Shown one piece after another: positions 1 to 11,900 of a stretch of DNA of 32,086 nt (positions are counted from its first letter, which is position 1; every line of letters starts with the position of its first letter). The DNA comes from Octopus bimaculoides (lineage: Eukaryota): the NCBI RefSeq assembly GCF_001194135.2, contig NC_068981.1:116512725-116544810 (forward strand), given 5' to 3'. The notes beneath the pieces were generated by a model. That model saw only the letters and a program-made list of their open reading frames with translations. It had not been told where the DNA came from and made no database searches. Both the position numbers and the translations under genes were made by a program.

Positions 1-24
1 ATATATATACACATATGTATATAT

Positions 25-290
25 ATTTTATCTTTTACCTTTTTATCTTTAATTTCTTCCAGTCATTTCTCTGTGGCCATGCTGGGGCACCGACCTCAGA
101 ACTCATTAATTTTTTAAAGCTTACCACTTATTCTATCGGTCTTTTTTACCGAGCCGTTGGGTGGCGGGTCTGCAAACACACTAACACCTGCTTTTAAGCG
201 GTGGTGGGGGACAAACACACATACACACACTCACACACAATAGCACACCTACTCACTCACTCACACACACACACATACACACACACAAAC
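25..290 (-). mobile_element. SINE-like retroposon, 3' part with internal (CA/TG)n tract
   Basis: Homologous to 1719-1965 and 17049-17124 (shared ctgtggccatgctgg.gca.c ... ttattc ... ggtggggg acaaacac motifs). The (TTTTATC)-like run at the left is the reverse complement of an (AGATAAA)n tail. The family call comes from recalled octopus SINEs and was not searched. Confidence 0.7.
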
Positions 291-349
291 ATGCCGAATC
301 TCCGTAACTTGTGACATATGAGCCCATGCTCATCTATATCATATATGTA

Positions 350-1100
350 CGTGGTCTGATCAATAAGTAATGAGATTGTTGCCATAGTAACGATGCTAAA
401 CCGCGCAGAGTAAAGTCACTTGGGACAGATTGACCTTGAACACTTCTGTATATTCGCACTACGTTTTAATGTTCTAGCTCACTTTCACTGTTCACAGCAG
501 TGCTTAGAAAGAAGACATGTAGCGTGTGAAGGGTATATTGACCATGACAGAGTAAGCTGAACAGAGAATTTGCATCAAATTTTGCCAAAAGCTGGTGATA
601 CCTGCTCAGACGCCTACGCAAAATTTTCAAAAAGTTTTTATCGCTCTCGACACAATCAAAGAGATGTGTGCAACTGAAACCCGAGCGTCTTTTTGGTCAG
701 CTGAAAGCAGTTTTGGCACAAATTTGGCAGACACACGTCTCATACACAAATCTTCAATGATAATGGACTGAAGTGAACCGTAAATAATCTGCATATCCTC
801 TGGTAACTCACGGATAGTGATTCGACGATTTCCCATCGCAGCTGCACCGGACAACTGCGACGTTATTCTCAGTTCTGCTGGTTGCGGTCTCCCAGATCGT
901 TCGTCAATATCGACATTCGTTCGGCCATCTTGGAAACGTCTGAACCACTCGTACACTTGTGTGTGGCTCATACGCTCCTCCTCATACACTTTCTGCAACT
1001 TTACATAGGCCTTTGAGCAGGTATTGCCATCACAGCTTTCTTTGTCATGGTCAATGCGACTTTCACATACCTTCCTTCCAAGCACTGCTCGCAGTGGCTC
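350..1100 (-). mobile_element. Non-autonomous mariner derivative, copy 1 (inverted 5' end joined to N-terminal transposase fragment)
   Basis: TA at 348-349 is followed by a TIR-like CGTGGTCTGATCAATAAGT. On +, the 5' UTR and transposase start (MTE*AEQRICIKFCQKL...) run to ~622. On -, the mariner HTH region (VYEWFRRFQDGR...DERSGRP...RRITIREL...RRVSAKFVPKLL) runs from ~1065 down to ~623. No catalytic DDD domain is present. Confidence 0.88.
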
Positions 1101-1718
1101 AAACACATACATACACACATGCGTATCCACATGGGCACATGGGGGGCAAAAGTTTTATGTGTGCAACGCATGCACTGAAGGCCTTATTATTTTCCCCCGA
1201 TAAATAATTTTTGCGTAATATATAACTGATTATTGATAATTTTCTCTAGATTCATTGTAGTCATATTTACTGTTATTTCGGATTCCTTCATTTCTTACTA
1301 GAAAGTTGTCAACAAAAATATAAGGAAGGGAAAGCAAATTTTTACTGCTTGCTTTCAGTCAGAATATGAGCAGTGATGTTATTTTCTTTGTATTATATTA
1401 TTTTCCGGAAAAGAAACAAAACAAATGAATGAGTGGTCACGAAAGAGAAATTCAGAGGAAGCAGATATTTTATTGCTTGTCTTTCAGCTGTGTTAAGCAC
1501 CTCAAACACGTAGTCAACTGTTTCTTCTCTTGAAGTGCTAATGTTTACACTGTCCTGTGCAGCAGAGATGAAAAACTTGCCTATTCGGAGGGCTTTCCTC
1601 AGGCTTTCCTCATAGTCGGATAGATTTAGATGAAAAATGCATATTTAGTCAATTTACAAGTTTGTTTTATTACTTTCTGATATATTTCGTATGATTATTC
1701 GGTACCAAAGAGTACACA

Positions 1719-1965
1719 TTTTATCTTTTATTTTCTACTTGTTTCACTCAGTAGACTGTGGCCATGCTGGAGCATCACCTTAAATAATTTTTAGCCTAAT
1801 GAATCTACCCTAGTACTTTTTAAAGGTTTATTCTTTTGGTCTCTTGTGCCGAATTGCTAGGTTACGGGAAAGTAGACACACCAACGCCGGATGTCAAACG
1901 TTCGTGGGGACAAACTCAGACACAGACACACACACACACACACAAACACACACAAACACACACAT
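1719..1965 (-). mobile_element. SINE-like retroposon, 3' part with (CA)n
   Basis: Aligns by eye with 25-290 (ttttatctttt...gactgtggccatgctggagcatcacc...ggtctcttgtgccgaattgctaggttacggg...gtggggacaaac) and ends in (CA)n. Confidence 0.7.
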
Positions 1966-2159
1966 CGCTGACAGAAGTTGTACATTGAGATTGTGAAAGT
2001 CGAATTTTCTTCCAAACTTTAAAAGGAATTTTGACATTTTTCTCAAAGTCGACGGCTTGAATAGCCCCTACTGGATGAAATCTTTGGAAGGTGATTTCCA
2101 AAGTTATATGTACGCTACTCGTGTCTAAACCCAGACACCATTTCTCTATGAGTTTCTTT

Positions 2160-2443
2160 CTATGTCTCCTCTGCTCTCTCTCTCTCTCTCTCTCTCTCNN
2201 NNNNNNNNNNNNNNNNNNNNNNNNNNNNNNNNNNNNNNNNNNNNNNNNNNNNNNNNNNNNNNNNNNNNNNNNNNNNNNNNNNNNNNNNNNNNNNNNNNNN
2301 NNNNNNNNNNNNNNGTGAAACTAAAACCAGACGCCATCTTTCTATGCTTTTCTTTCTTCTCTACCTGTCTATCTTTCCTCTCTTTCTTTCTCTCTCTTTT
2401 CCTTTCTCTATCTTTCTTTCTCTTCTCCTTCTTTTTCTCTTTG

Positions 2444-2476
<33 letters not shown>

Positions 2477-2482
2477 CTTTTT

Positions 2483-2513
<31 letters not shown>

Positions 2514-3345
2514 CTCTTCCTCTCTCTCTCCCTCTCTCTCTCCTCCTCCTCTCTCTCCCCTCTCTTTCCCCTCTCTCCCCTCTCTCCCCCCTCTCTCTTT
2601 CCCTCACTAAAAGAACACACACACATCAAACGTTAAATTTCTCTGTCAAAATACCCAAGCAAGAATAAAAGAACACATACCTGTACGTATATTCATGTTT
2701 CAGTTATCTAATACCGTATCCCCTCTTTCTGTCTCTGTCTCTTTTTGTCTCCCTCTCTCTCTTTCTATCTCTCTCTATCTCTCTTTCTGTCTGTCTCTAT
2801 CTTTCTGTATATCTGTCTCTCTTTCTCTCTATCTGTCTATCTCTGTCTGTCTATTTTCCATCTCTTTCTTTCTTTCTTTCTTTCTTTCTCTCTTTCTCTC
2901 TTTCTTTTATTCTTTCTTTCTTTTATTCTTTCTTTCTTTTATTCTTTCTTTCTTTTATTCTTTCTTTCTTTTATTATTTCTTTCTCTCTCCTCCTTTCTC
3001 TTTCTTTCTTTCTCTTTCTTCCTTTCTCCATTTCTCTCTTTTTCCTTCTGTCTCTCTTTTTCCTTCTGTCTCTCTTTTTCCTTCTGTCTCTCTTTTTCCT
3101 TCTGTCTCTCTTTTTCCTTCTGTCTCTCTTTTTCTCTCTCCTTTCTATCTTTCCTCCTCCCTTCTCTCTTTGTCTCTCTTTCTTTCTATCTCTTTCCTTC
3201 TCTCTCTCTCTGTTTATGTCTCTCTCCTTCCGTCGTCTATTGCTCTCTCTTCCTGTCTCTCTTTGTCGATCTTTCTTTCCTTCTTTCTCTCTCTTTCTGC
3301 CACTCATTCTCTGTCATTCACTCTCTTTCTGTCACTCTCTTTCTT
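2160..3345. repeat. CT-rich compound microsatellite/minisatellite region (includes gap 2199-2314)
   Basis: (CT)n, (CTTT)n and (CTGT)n tracts, plus about five tandem copies of the 18-bp unit TCTCTCTTTTTCCTTCTG at ~3033-3130. Confidence 0.95.
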
Positions 3346-3880
3346 TCTGTCACCTTTCGTAATCGTCTTCATAATTACAACCATACAAATTACATCAGTG
3401 ACAGAGCTATCCTGGCTCCAAAAAATGTTCTTCTACATACCATTAATAATATGCTGCTGAATAAACTTCCAGAAGTTTTCATTTATAACTTAATTGACAG
3501 TGTTGTTGGTGATCGGAATGGTGTCAACTACCCCATCGAATTCTTTAACTCACTACAACCACCAGATAAATAAAATACCCATGTTTCCAGAGGTGAATTA
3601 TTCAAACCTCACAGAATTCCTCTCAACACGTGGCTAATTTAGACGCGTCTGATTCATTCGGACGAATTCGTTTAAAACGCCAAATCAGTCTTTAAGATTT
3701 TTAAATTAAGACATGGGTGTCTAACTTTTGGTGTCTCACACGGTATTTTCTTGGACGAGTCTGTTTTTTTTTCAGTGGTTCGAATCACGTTCGTATCATT
3801 ATTCTTAGAGCGGTTGTGAACTAGTCAATAAACCATCGACGATGAACAATACTACTGTGCTGCGTGTTCAAGTCATACTA
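3345..3880 (+). mobile_element. Helitron PIF1-like helicase remnant
   Basis: The frame at 3391-3570 reads YISDRAILAPKN...INNMLLNKLP...IDSV...VNYPIEFFNSLQPP, matching the Helitron helicase RAILAPKN...YP.EFLNSL.P segment. The degenerate stretch at 3805-3870 (LRAV...EQYYCAACSS) resembles the C-terminal L.VVGLDL...HGQLYVACSR motif and is less certain. Confidence 0.8.
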
Positions 3881-5301
3881 AATTGAGTATATTTCTTTGT
3901 TTGATAGCTTCCCTTTTAGTTGTATTTCCACGTCTTTTTTATATAGCGTCAGTAAAAACTTCCAGAATATTCTATGCACCATTTGGCAGGAAGATGTCAA
4001 CTCACCAATGTATCTGATTGGCTGAACTATAATCACTTGAGACTAATGCATTTTATGGCAGTCGTGGACCGAACCTGGGAAATATGAATGAGGTGTTTCA
4101 TAACACGCAGTTGACTGTGCTTACTTTTAAGATATTTTTGATATCATTATTAATTTCTAATTAAAGAAATATTTTTCATATATATATTTATATGTATGTG
4201 TGCGTATGTGCCTCTCTGTATGTGTGCGTGTACATATATATTTACAGGCACACACACATATGTAAAATGAGAAAGAGATAAAATATGCACAGAACAATAG
4301 TAAAAATATAAACAAAATTAAGTTCATAATATTTAGTATGTCTGAGTGATAGTTGTGTCATTCATCGTTAAAATGTTCACAGGCCTTTTCTTTTTTGTAG
4401 CCACTAAAGTTGAAAAACAGTTCATACAAGACACTACGTTGTCTTCAGCAACAACGTTTTTCCTTTATTTCTTTTACTCTTATTTCTGTTCATTATTTCT
4501 TCTCTTTTTATTTTGAAATATATTTATTGTTTTATGGTTTGTGAACCCTGTGATATTTTAGTAGTTCTTAGTGAAAGCCATTCTTAAGCAAATTTCAGGA
4601 CGTCTTTACAAACACAATCTGTTAGGAAATTATATGGTATTTAGGTAGGTTTTAAGTATGTTCGTGTCGGTAAAATATTTTGGCAGGTTTACCAGGTGGT
4701 ATTTTTGAAATAGTTTCTTTTTTTCCTATTTTAACTCCTTTCCATTTTAACAGACGAACGCCTGGAAGTTAATACAAGTTGTAGATAGATAAGGAAAAGT
4801 GAAATATGGAGATATATAGCAGAAAATATTCCGTACATGGAAATTTGCTTTACTACAATCTGTTCCTTAAACACTGTCTCCAGTTCCAAATTAACTCACT
4901 ACCACCACCATCAGCACAATGAACTCCACATAACAACGGCAAAGGAATAGTACAAGACAGTAACATACAAAGTATTAGTCCGTTAATGGACAAAATGCCT
5001 AAGTACCCACATGGGTAAAAAATAGTTTGTGGTGTTCAAGTATTTCCTAATAATATTCGAATTTCTTTTGATAAATGTCGGGAACGTCACCTCAAACTAT
5101 ACCTAAAAATTAAGTGTTTATCATCTATCTCCTTATACTAATAATTCTAGTTTTCATCAACGGTTAAACGCCAGAATTAAGGCATAAATATCAGATCACT
5201 TCGATTATTTTTTCGAGAATTCTATTTGTGAATCATTTTGGAATCTACATTTTTTTTCTAGTTAAATTTAGTTAATTTTTGTTTATTTTCAGATCATTAA
5301 A

Positions 5302-6275
5302 ATGGAATCTAAAGTTAAGAAAAACGAGCATTTTTGATACCTCCTTTTTGCTTTTAATCAAGGGTGTAAGGCCGCAAAAGCTGCTCACGACATTTGTGCT
5401 GTGTATGGAGAGGGTGCCATAGCTGAAAGAACCGCTCGTGATTGCTATGCCAAGTTCAAAAATGGAAATTTTGACCTCAAAGACACACCTTCTGGCCGTC
5501 CAGTTGAGTTCGATAAAGAGCGATTAAACCAACTTTTGCACGAAAATTCTCGTCAAACGACAAGGAACCGTCAGAGAAAATGGAATGTTCCCACACTGCT
5601 ATAGAGAAGCATCGTTACTCAATGGGAAAGGTTCAGAATTATGGAGTATGGGTTCCACATGATTTAAGTGATAACAACAAAAATCAATGAGCCACAATCT
5701 CCACTGGTTTGCTTGCTCGTCACCGCTCAACTCATGGACACAAGCAACGATTTCTTTACTGAATCGTTAGTGGCGACGAAAAATGGTGCCTGTACATCAA
5801 TATGAAGCAGCGTAAAGAATGGCTTAGCCCCGGTAAACAAGCGACACCGCCCGTGAAACAATATCTTCATCCGATGTTGTGCGTATGGTGGCACAGGGAA
5901 GGGATTATCCATTACGGATTGCTTGAACAGAATCAACAGATGGAATGACTCAACACGGCTATTCAAGAGAAAAGACCTAATCGGCAGCATGGAGTTCTTC
6001 TGCTGCACTACAACGCCCGCCCTCATCTCTCCAATAAAACCATGCTGAGAAGTGCTGCCACACTCGCCGTACTCTCCTGATTTGGCACCTGGGATTTCCA
6101 CCTCTTTCGGTCTCTTTCAAATGCTATGCGCGGAGTTTCGTTCAATACTGATGCAGAATTGAGAGCTTGGTTAGATCAATCTTTCGAGCCGAAATCGGGT
6201 GATTTCTACCAACAAGGTATTGAAAATCTTATGGAACGTTGGGAAGAAGTTTTAAACAACAAGAGTGAATACATT
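5302..6275 (+). pseudogene. Mariner-family transposase pseudogene
   Basis: ATG at 5302, then the HTH region (AIAERTARDCYAKFKNG..DLKD..SGRP), WVPHDL (5649-5666), SGDEKW (D at 5775), HYNARPH (6006-6026, second catalytic D replaced by Y), PYSPDLAP (~6067-6090) and ERWEEVLNNKSEYI. It carries in-frame stops, frameshifts and small deletions. I did not recognise TIRs. Confidence 0.95.
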
Positions 6276-7011
6276 ATTCTTATACCTCAAGCTAGTGTTA
6301 ACCGTCCCGTTTCCTATTCAAAGCATAATCTAGTGTACCTTCTCATTTTAAAGACAAACGTGTAGTATTTATGTGAGATTTACGTCCCTAATTTTACGTC
6401 ACCGGCGAGCATGCTGATAGCTCCCTTACAGAGATGTAATTTCATGCGGTTTAACTTCAAGTCGGCGTCGGTTCAACTCAGCATTAGTTGTATTATTTGA
6501 TTTGCACTTTATTTTATCGACTCGAAAGAATGAATACAAAGTTCAATTCAAACGGATTTTTAATTCAGAAATAAAGAGCCGGAACAAATATTGCAAAAAG
6601 TTTTTTAGACGCTCTGACAATTCAGTCACCACAGAGCCTAAATTACTTTATGTTCAATTATCAATCTTGTTGATATATTATTTTATCGGTTTATGTAAAC
6701 TAAAGGATACCAGTATCAAAAGCCTATACTAAATACTTTGTCTAACTTGAGAGCTATTCTTTCGGAATACGACCTGCATCGTACATTGCTTTTCTCCGAT
6801 CAACACTTGTATGGTAATGTATGAATAGTAATAATAATGACAACCAAACAATAATCTTTTAAAATTGCTTCTAAATGGACAACTTCCAACCTAACAACAA
6901 TGAACGCAGAAAGATTCTTCTTTCCCCAAAACCTTTTTTTTTTTTAGATGTTCTTGAGAAAAGCCATAGCCAAACAAATAAAATACTTTTGGGCATAGAA
7001 CTGAATGTAAT

Positions 7012-7215
7012 ATAATACTGGTTTCAACATTTTGGCGCAAGGCCGGCAAGTTCAGTTAAGTGCGTAGGTCGATTACATCGATACCAGTGCTCAACAGGTA
7101 CTTATTTCATCGACTCCGTAAGAATAAAAGGCAAAGACATCCTTGGTGAAATTTGAAAGAAGAACGTCATGATTGACCAAATGCCGCTAAGCATGTTGCC
7201 CGGCTCGTTGCCCTA
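7012..7215 (-). mobile_element. tRNA-derived SINE-like copy
   Basis: The reverse complement aligns with 7245-7457 (atgcttagcggcattt...ttcaaat...gtcgatgaaataagtacc.gttgagcactgg..tcgatgtaatcgac...gccggccttgcgccaaaa.gttgaaacca). Confidence 0.75.
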
Positions 7216-7244
7216 AATGTAATATAATATTAACGTCAGTTTTT

Positions 7245-7457
7245 AAGGTAACGAGCTGTCTAAATCGTTAGCTCACTGGGTAAAATGCTTTGCGATATTT
7301 CGTCCGTCTTTATTTTCCACGTTCACATTCCGCTGAGGTCGACTTTCATCCTTGTGAGGTCGATAAAGTAAGAACCAGTTGAGCATTGAGGTCGGATAAT
7401 CGACATATACCCTCGCAGAAATTGCTGGTCTTGTTTCCAAAATTTGGAACCAATATT
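7245..7457 (+). mobile_element. tRNA-derived SINE-like copy
   Basis: It has degenerate A-box-like (gagctgtctaaatcgttagc) and B-box-like (gttcacattcc) segments followed by a body homologous to the flanking minus-strand copies. Confidence 0.75.
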
Positions 7458-7677
7458 AAAGACAGTTTTTGGTCAATGAGCGTCAATGATCACTTACACG
7501 ATATTTGAAATTACAAGAAGAAAGGATATAAATACGGCAAGACATTTTGTTTAGTGATTTAATGTTTCTGTTCATTTTTAGAACTCTTAATAATCAGGAA
7601 AAGACAAGATTTAGGAAAAATAGAAGGCTAAGCCTTTGGGAGAGTAGATACAAACCAAAAATATTTTGGCTAAGTGT

Positions 7678-7830
7678 GAAAACGATTACGACAACAGTAC
7701 TCGACTAACCTACATTTTATCGCATCCGAAAGAGCGAAATGCAACTTCAAATTGGGTTGTATTTGAACTCGTAAAGAAACTCAGCTACGAACTATAACTG
7801 ACATTTTTCGTCACTTTACCGATACTGACA
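7678..7830 (-). mobile_element. Older, more decayed SINE-like copy of the same family
   Basis: The + strand text gattacgac...agtactcgact...attttatcg...ccgaaag..gaaa.gcaa...atttgaactc parallels 7060-7160. Confidence 0.55.
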
Positions 7831-7844
7831 TCTCATGTAAGCTA

Positions 7845-8809
7845 CACCCTTGCCAACCACCACAACCACCACTACCACCAGCACCAGCACCAGTACCACC
7901 ACCACCACCGGCAACAACAATAATATTTTCCGTATAAAACCTGGTGGAACAGTTAGTTCTCCAGTAAAAAAACAACAAAAATAAAATAAGACAACCTCAA
8001 TAATAATCATGATGGTGATGATGATAACAATAACAACAACAACAAGACAAGTCAATAATACAGACAACAGTAATACAAAGGCTGGTAGAATAGTCTAACA
8101 AAGGATACTGTGATGCGAACAACAACAACAATAATAATATTAGTGAATAAAGAAGAAAAAAATCAAAAAATCACAGACTGAAAAGGGTAAAATTTGACGT
8201 CAGGGAAAACGAAGTTCACATATCTTTTATTTTTCCTGTCTTTTCTCTGAGCGGAACTATCCAAACAAACTCTCCACCAACTACTAAGGTGGTAGGGGAT
8301 GAGTTCTTTAATTTAAGTGAAGCTGCAGAGCACACATTTCTACCAGAACCACCACTACCACCACCACCACCAACAGTGGTACAAGCAACACCATATACTC
8401 CAATAATATTACAAGTAGTAGTAGCACACCCAACAACAAAAACATCAACAGAAACAACGTCAACAAAAAAAAAGAACCTCAACAGGATCCAGCATCATCA
8501 GTATTGACGTCAAAACCACCAACAGAAACACCATCTGCTCCAGTAATACCGCGAGTAGTTTCACCACATCCAGCAGCAACAACAACAGCAATATTAACAA
8601 CAACAACAACAACGAGTGTACAAGCAGTGAAACTAACACCTCCACTGATACTTATAATGATCAGATTGGCTAACGGTTATACAAGAAGTCGTTAGTATTA
8701 CCTAACTAGTAATGCTGCCAACAGCAAACACCATCACCAAGGTCACTAGTGTTTCTCAAAACTTAACTAAAAGTTCCTCTCATACACCACCACTACCATC
8801 ACCATCACC

Positions 8810-8889
<80 letters not shown>

Positions 8890-8895
8890 CACCAT
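7845..8895. repeat. Degenerate trinucleotide low-complexity island (ACC/AAC/AAT/ACT), possibly decayed coding sequence
   Basis: Interrupted ACC, AAC and AAT runs are interspersed with unique sequence. A near-pure (CTA)n tract flanked by (CCA)n lies at ~8800-8893. Confidence 0.8.
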
Positions 8896-10564
8896 AGCTT
8901 GCTCTTTGTCCATTACTGTCTAAGGCTGACAACTATGTTCGTAACATCGTACTAATTGCTATCGAACTAATCAAACCTAAAAGCATCTCAACCGGATGCT
9001 ATCTTGCTTGACCGACGGTACAGACGCAATCAACAAGCTCTTCTCTTCCCATTCATCATTTTGGAAGTCCACATATTTGCCTGACGAAGTAGTGTTTCTT
9101 TCTTACCTAATTCTGCATCAGCTTTGAATATTGTCGCATCAACGGGTGCAACGTTGGGAGTTAATTACACTGCTATGCAAAATTTCTTTCATATATACGC
9201 ATAAACACTGACACTCAGTTTTGCAGCTTCGGCTCAGTCCTGAGCATTGTATACTGTAGCAACCCAATCCCTCCGTACAGAAAGTGCTCATCAAGCAAAC
9301 TGATGTTCCTACAAGCCGTTTCTTCTATAAAAACCAAAACTGGTCATGGCTTAGTAAAAAGCACAGTCCTGATGTTTAATTGAGGTGATGCAAAAGTTTG
9401 CCGCATAAATACTATCAACCCATTTCTGGGCTAGACCGGACACTACTCATCGTCTTGTCTCACTTCCTAAAGCTATGGATTCATTTTGCTGAATTAGACC
9501 CCAGGCATATTAAGCGGACCTTACGTCCAGCAACCGCAGCTAACTAGTGTAGACATACCTCCTCAAATGTTGAATTTCAAGCCCACCGACATTCCTGTTT
9601 AATGCATTATCCTGTTACTACTTTGTGTAATAAATCAGGATATGAGCCAGAAATATATAAAAAAATAAGTTCAGTAAGAATTAGAAAGTAAAAGACGAGA
9701 ATAAAAAGGATCAAAGGAAGAAAAAGACGAAATGTTTTAAGCGTTTAAAAGTGTTTGTCTTTCATAAATAAATATATAAAAACGCAAACATGAATCGCAT
9801 TACTAGTTTTTGGAATTCAAAAAATATTAAGACAATATGTTGTTACAGTTTAGATCAAAGAATAAAAAATAATTTGTTTTGTTTTATTTCAAAACTTAAG
9901 AGAATATATTCAATGTTTATTGAATGTTTATATAGCAATATGCTACTGCATGAATGTTTACATAAATATGAAATTGAATTCAGAATTCCATAGAAAACAT
10001 CCCGCTCAGAAAATAATACGTTATGTTTTATAGTGAAGTGATGTACTNNNNNNNNNNNNNNNNNNNNNNNNNNNNNNNNNNNNNNNNNNNNNNNNNNNNN
10101 NNNNNNNNNNNNNNNNNNNNNNNNNNNNNNNNNNNNNNNNNNNNNNNNNNNNNNNNNNNNNNNNNNNNNNNNNNNNNNNNNNNNNNNNNNNNNNNNNNNN
10201 NNNNNNNNNNNNNNNNNNNNNNNNNNNNNNNNNNNNNNNNNNNNNNNNNNNNNNNNNNNNNNNNNNNNNNNNNNNNNNNNNNNNNNNNNNNNNNNNNNNN
10301 NNNNNNNNNNNNNNNNNNNNNNNNNNNNNNNNNNNNNNNNNNNNNNNNNNNNNNNNNNNNNNNNNNNNNNNNNNNNNNNNNNNNNNNNNNNNNNNNNNNN
10401 NNNNNNNNNNNNNNNNNNNNNNNNNNNNNNNNNNNNNNNNNNNNNNNNNNNNNNNNNNNNNNNNNNNNNNNNNNNNNNNNNNNNNNNNNNNNNNNTATAT
10501 ATATATATATATATATGCATATATATATACGTATGCGTACATACTTACATGTTTACTATATGCA

Positions 10565-10985
10565 TAGGCATATATGGGCACAGGACGTCACAAAACAAAT
10601 AATACGAAGTATGAGGACGTGGAATAAGGGCTTCTTTTGCAAGCAACGAAAGGATCAAATGGAAAACAAGACAAGCAACACAAGGAACGACCCTTCATCA
10701 GTCCGTATTTCGAGCAATTCACGACAAGATACGCCTTCGATAAAACAGTTGCTCCCGCAAAGTAAATTAAATAAAATTTGCGATCTTGCAGACTGTCAAA
10801 ATGGTGACAAAAACAGGACAGTGAAAACAAACAGGAAGGGCTGCTAAGCCTAAACGAGACTGTGTGTGGCGAACGCGAAGACACAAGCCTGGACAGGAAA
10901 CAGAGAACAATGCGTCTTCCCTGTCGAGCTGAAACAGGAAGAAAGAAAGAAACACAAGTTCGTGACCCCGGCTATTCTCCTATGC
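10565..10985. mobile_element. Probable interspersed repeat lying between (TA)n tracts, possibly a Penelope-like terminal repeat
   Basis: This A-rich unique segment begins GGCACAGGACGTCAC after a TA-rich tract and ends in a TA-rich tract. CTGATGA occurs on the - strand at 10695-10701. The family assignment is recall only. Confidence 0.35.
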
Positions 10986-11319
10986 ATATATATATTATTT
11001 ATATTATTATANNNNNNNNNNNNNNNNNNNNNNNNNNNNNNNNNNNNNNNNNNNNNNNNNNNNNNNNNNNNNNNNNNNNNNNNNNNNNNNNNNNNNNNNN
11101 NNNNNNNNNNNNNNNNNNNNNNNNNNNNNNNNNNNNNNNNNNNNNNNNNNNNNNNNNNNNNNNNNNNNNNNNNNNNNNNNNNNNNNNNNNNNNNNNNNNN
11201 NNNNNNNNNNNNNNNNNNNNNNNNNNNNNNNNNNNNNNNNNNNNNNNNNNNNNNNNNNNNNNNNNNNNNNNNNNNNNNNNNNNNNNNNNNNNNNNNNNNN
11301 NNNNNNNNNNNNNNNNNNN

Positions 11320-11353
<34 letters not shown>

Positions 11354-11499
11354 CACACATACACACACACTAAGTGAATATATGAATATATTCATACGTA
11401 TGTAGATGTAAATGTATGTATGTGCATATATAACCGTATGTGTATGGTGGGGTGTCGTTATTAACTTACTTTATAGGGCCTAGTATATCTTTCTAGGAA

Positions 11500-11900
11500 A
11501 TTTTGGAAAAATATATTCGATAGAGGATCAGTAAATTAAACTATTTTCTAATTATTCGATATTTTAATATTCCAATCCTTTATAAATCACCATCTGTCAG
11601 AATTGTTCAGAATAATTATTAGAATTTAGACTCAAATGGGAACTATTTATGTGCAATTACAGAGATGAGAGAAGCTGGGATTATTGTTATTTCTAGTGAG
11701 GGTATATTTGTGGAAGTATAAACCAGTGATGGTAATTGCGACTGATATAATTTTACTGGTGTTATTCAGGACGGTTAACTTTGGCCCCAAAGTAATAGGA
11801 ATAATTACATTTTCACTTCTATCGGATTAACCCTTTTCCTTGATTTCTTTTTCTTTCTAGTACTAATCTTCGATACTTTCCATGCTTAGTTTCTTCTCTT
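11500..11900 (-). mobile_element. Possible highly decayed Penelope-like ORF fragment
   Basis: Broken minus-strand frames give NTSKIIS...NNNNP...CNC...VIYK, the order seen upstream of Penelope GIY-YIG domains, but with many stops and frameshifts. Confidence 0.25.

Noticed and set aside
2125-2355. Similar sequences on both sides of gap 2199-2314 (aaacccagacaccatttctctatg / aaaaccagacgccatctttctatg)
   Set aside because: The match is short and diverged, and I cannot distinguish a local duplication from a scaffolding effect.
2146-3573. Long ORFs (up to 292 aa) rich in S/L/F or R/E/K
   Set aside because: They are translations of CT/GA microsatellites, which lack stop codons. Only the last ~60 codons (Helitron remnant) are informative.
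3821-3825. CTAGT as a Helitron 3' terminus
   Set aside because: No preceding hairpin is visible, and helicase-like sequence appears to continue past it to ~3870.
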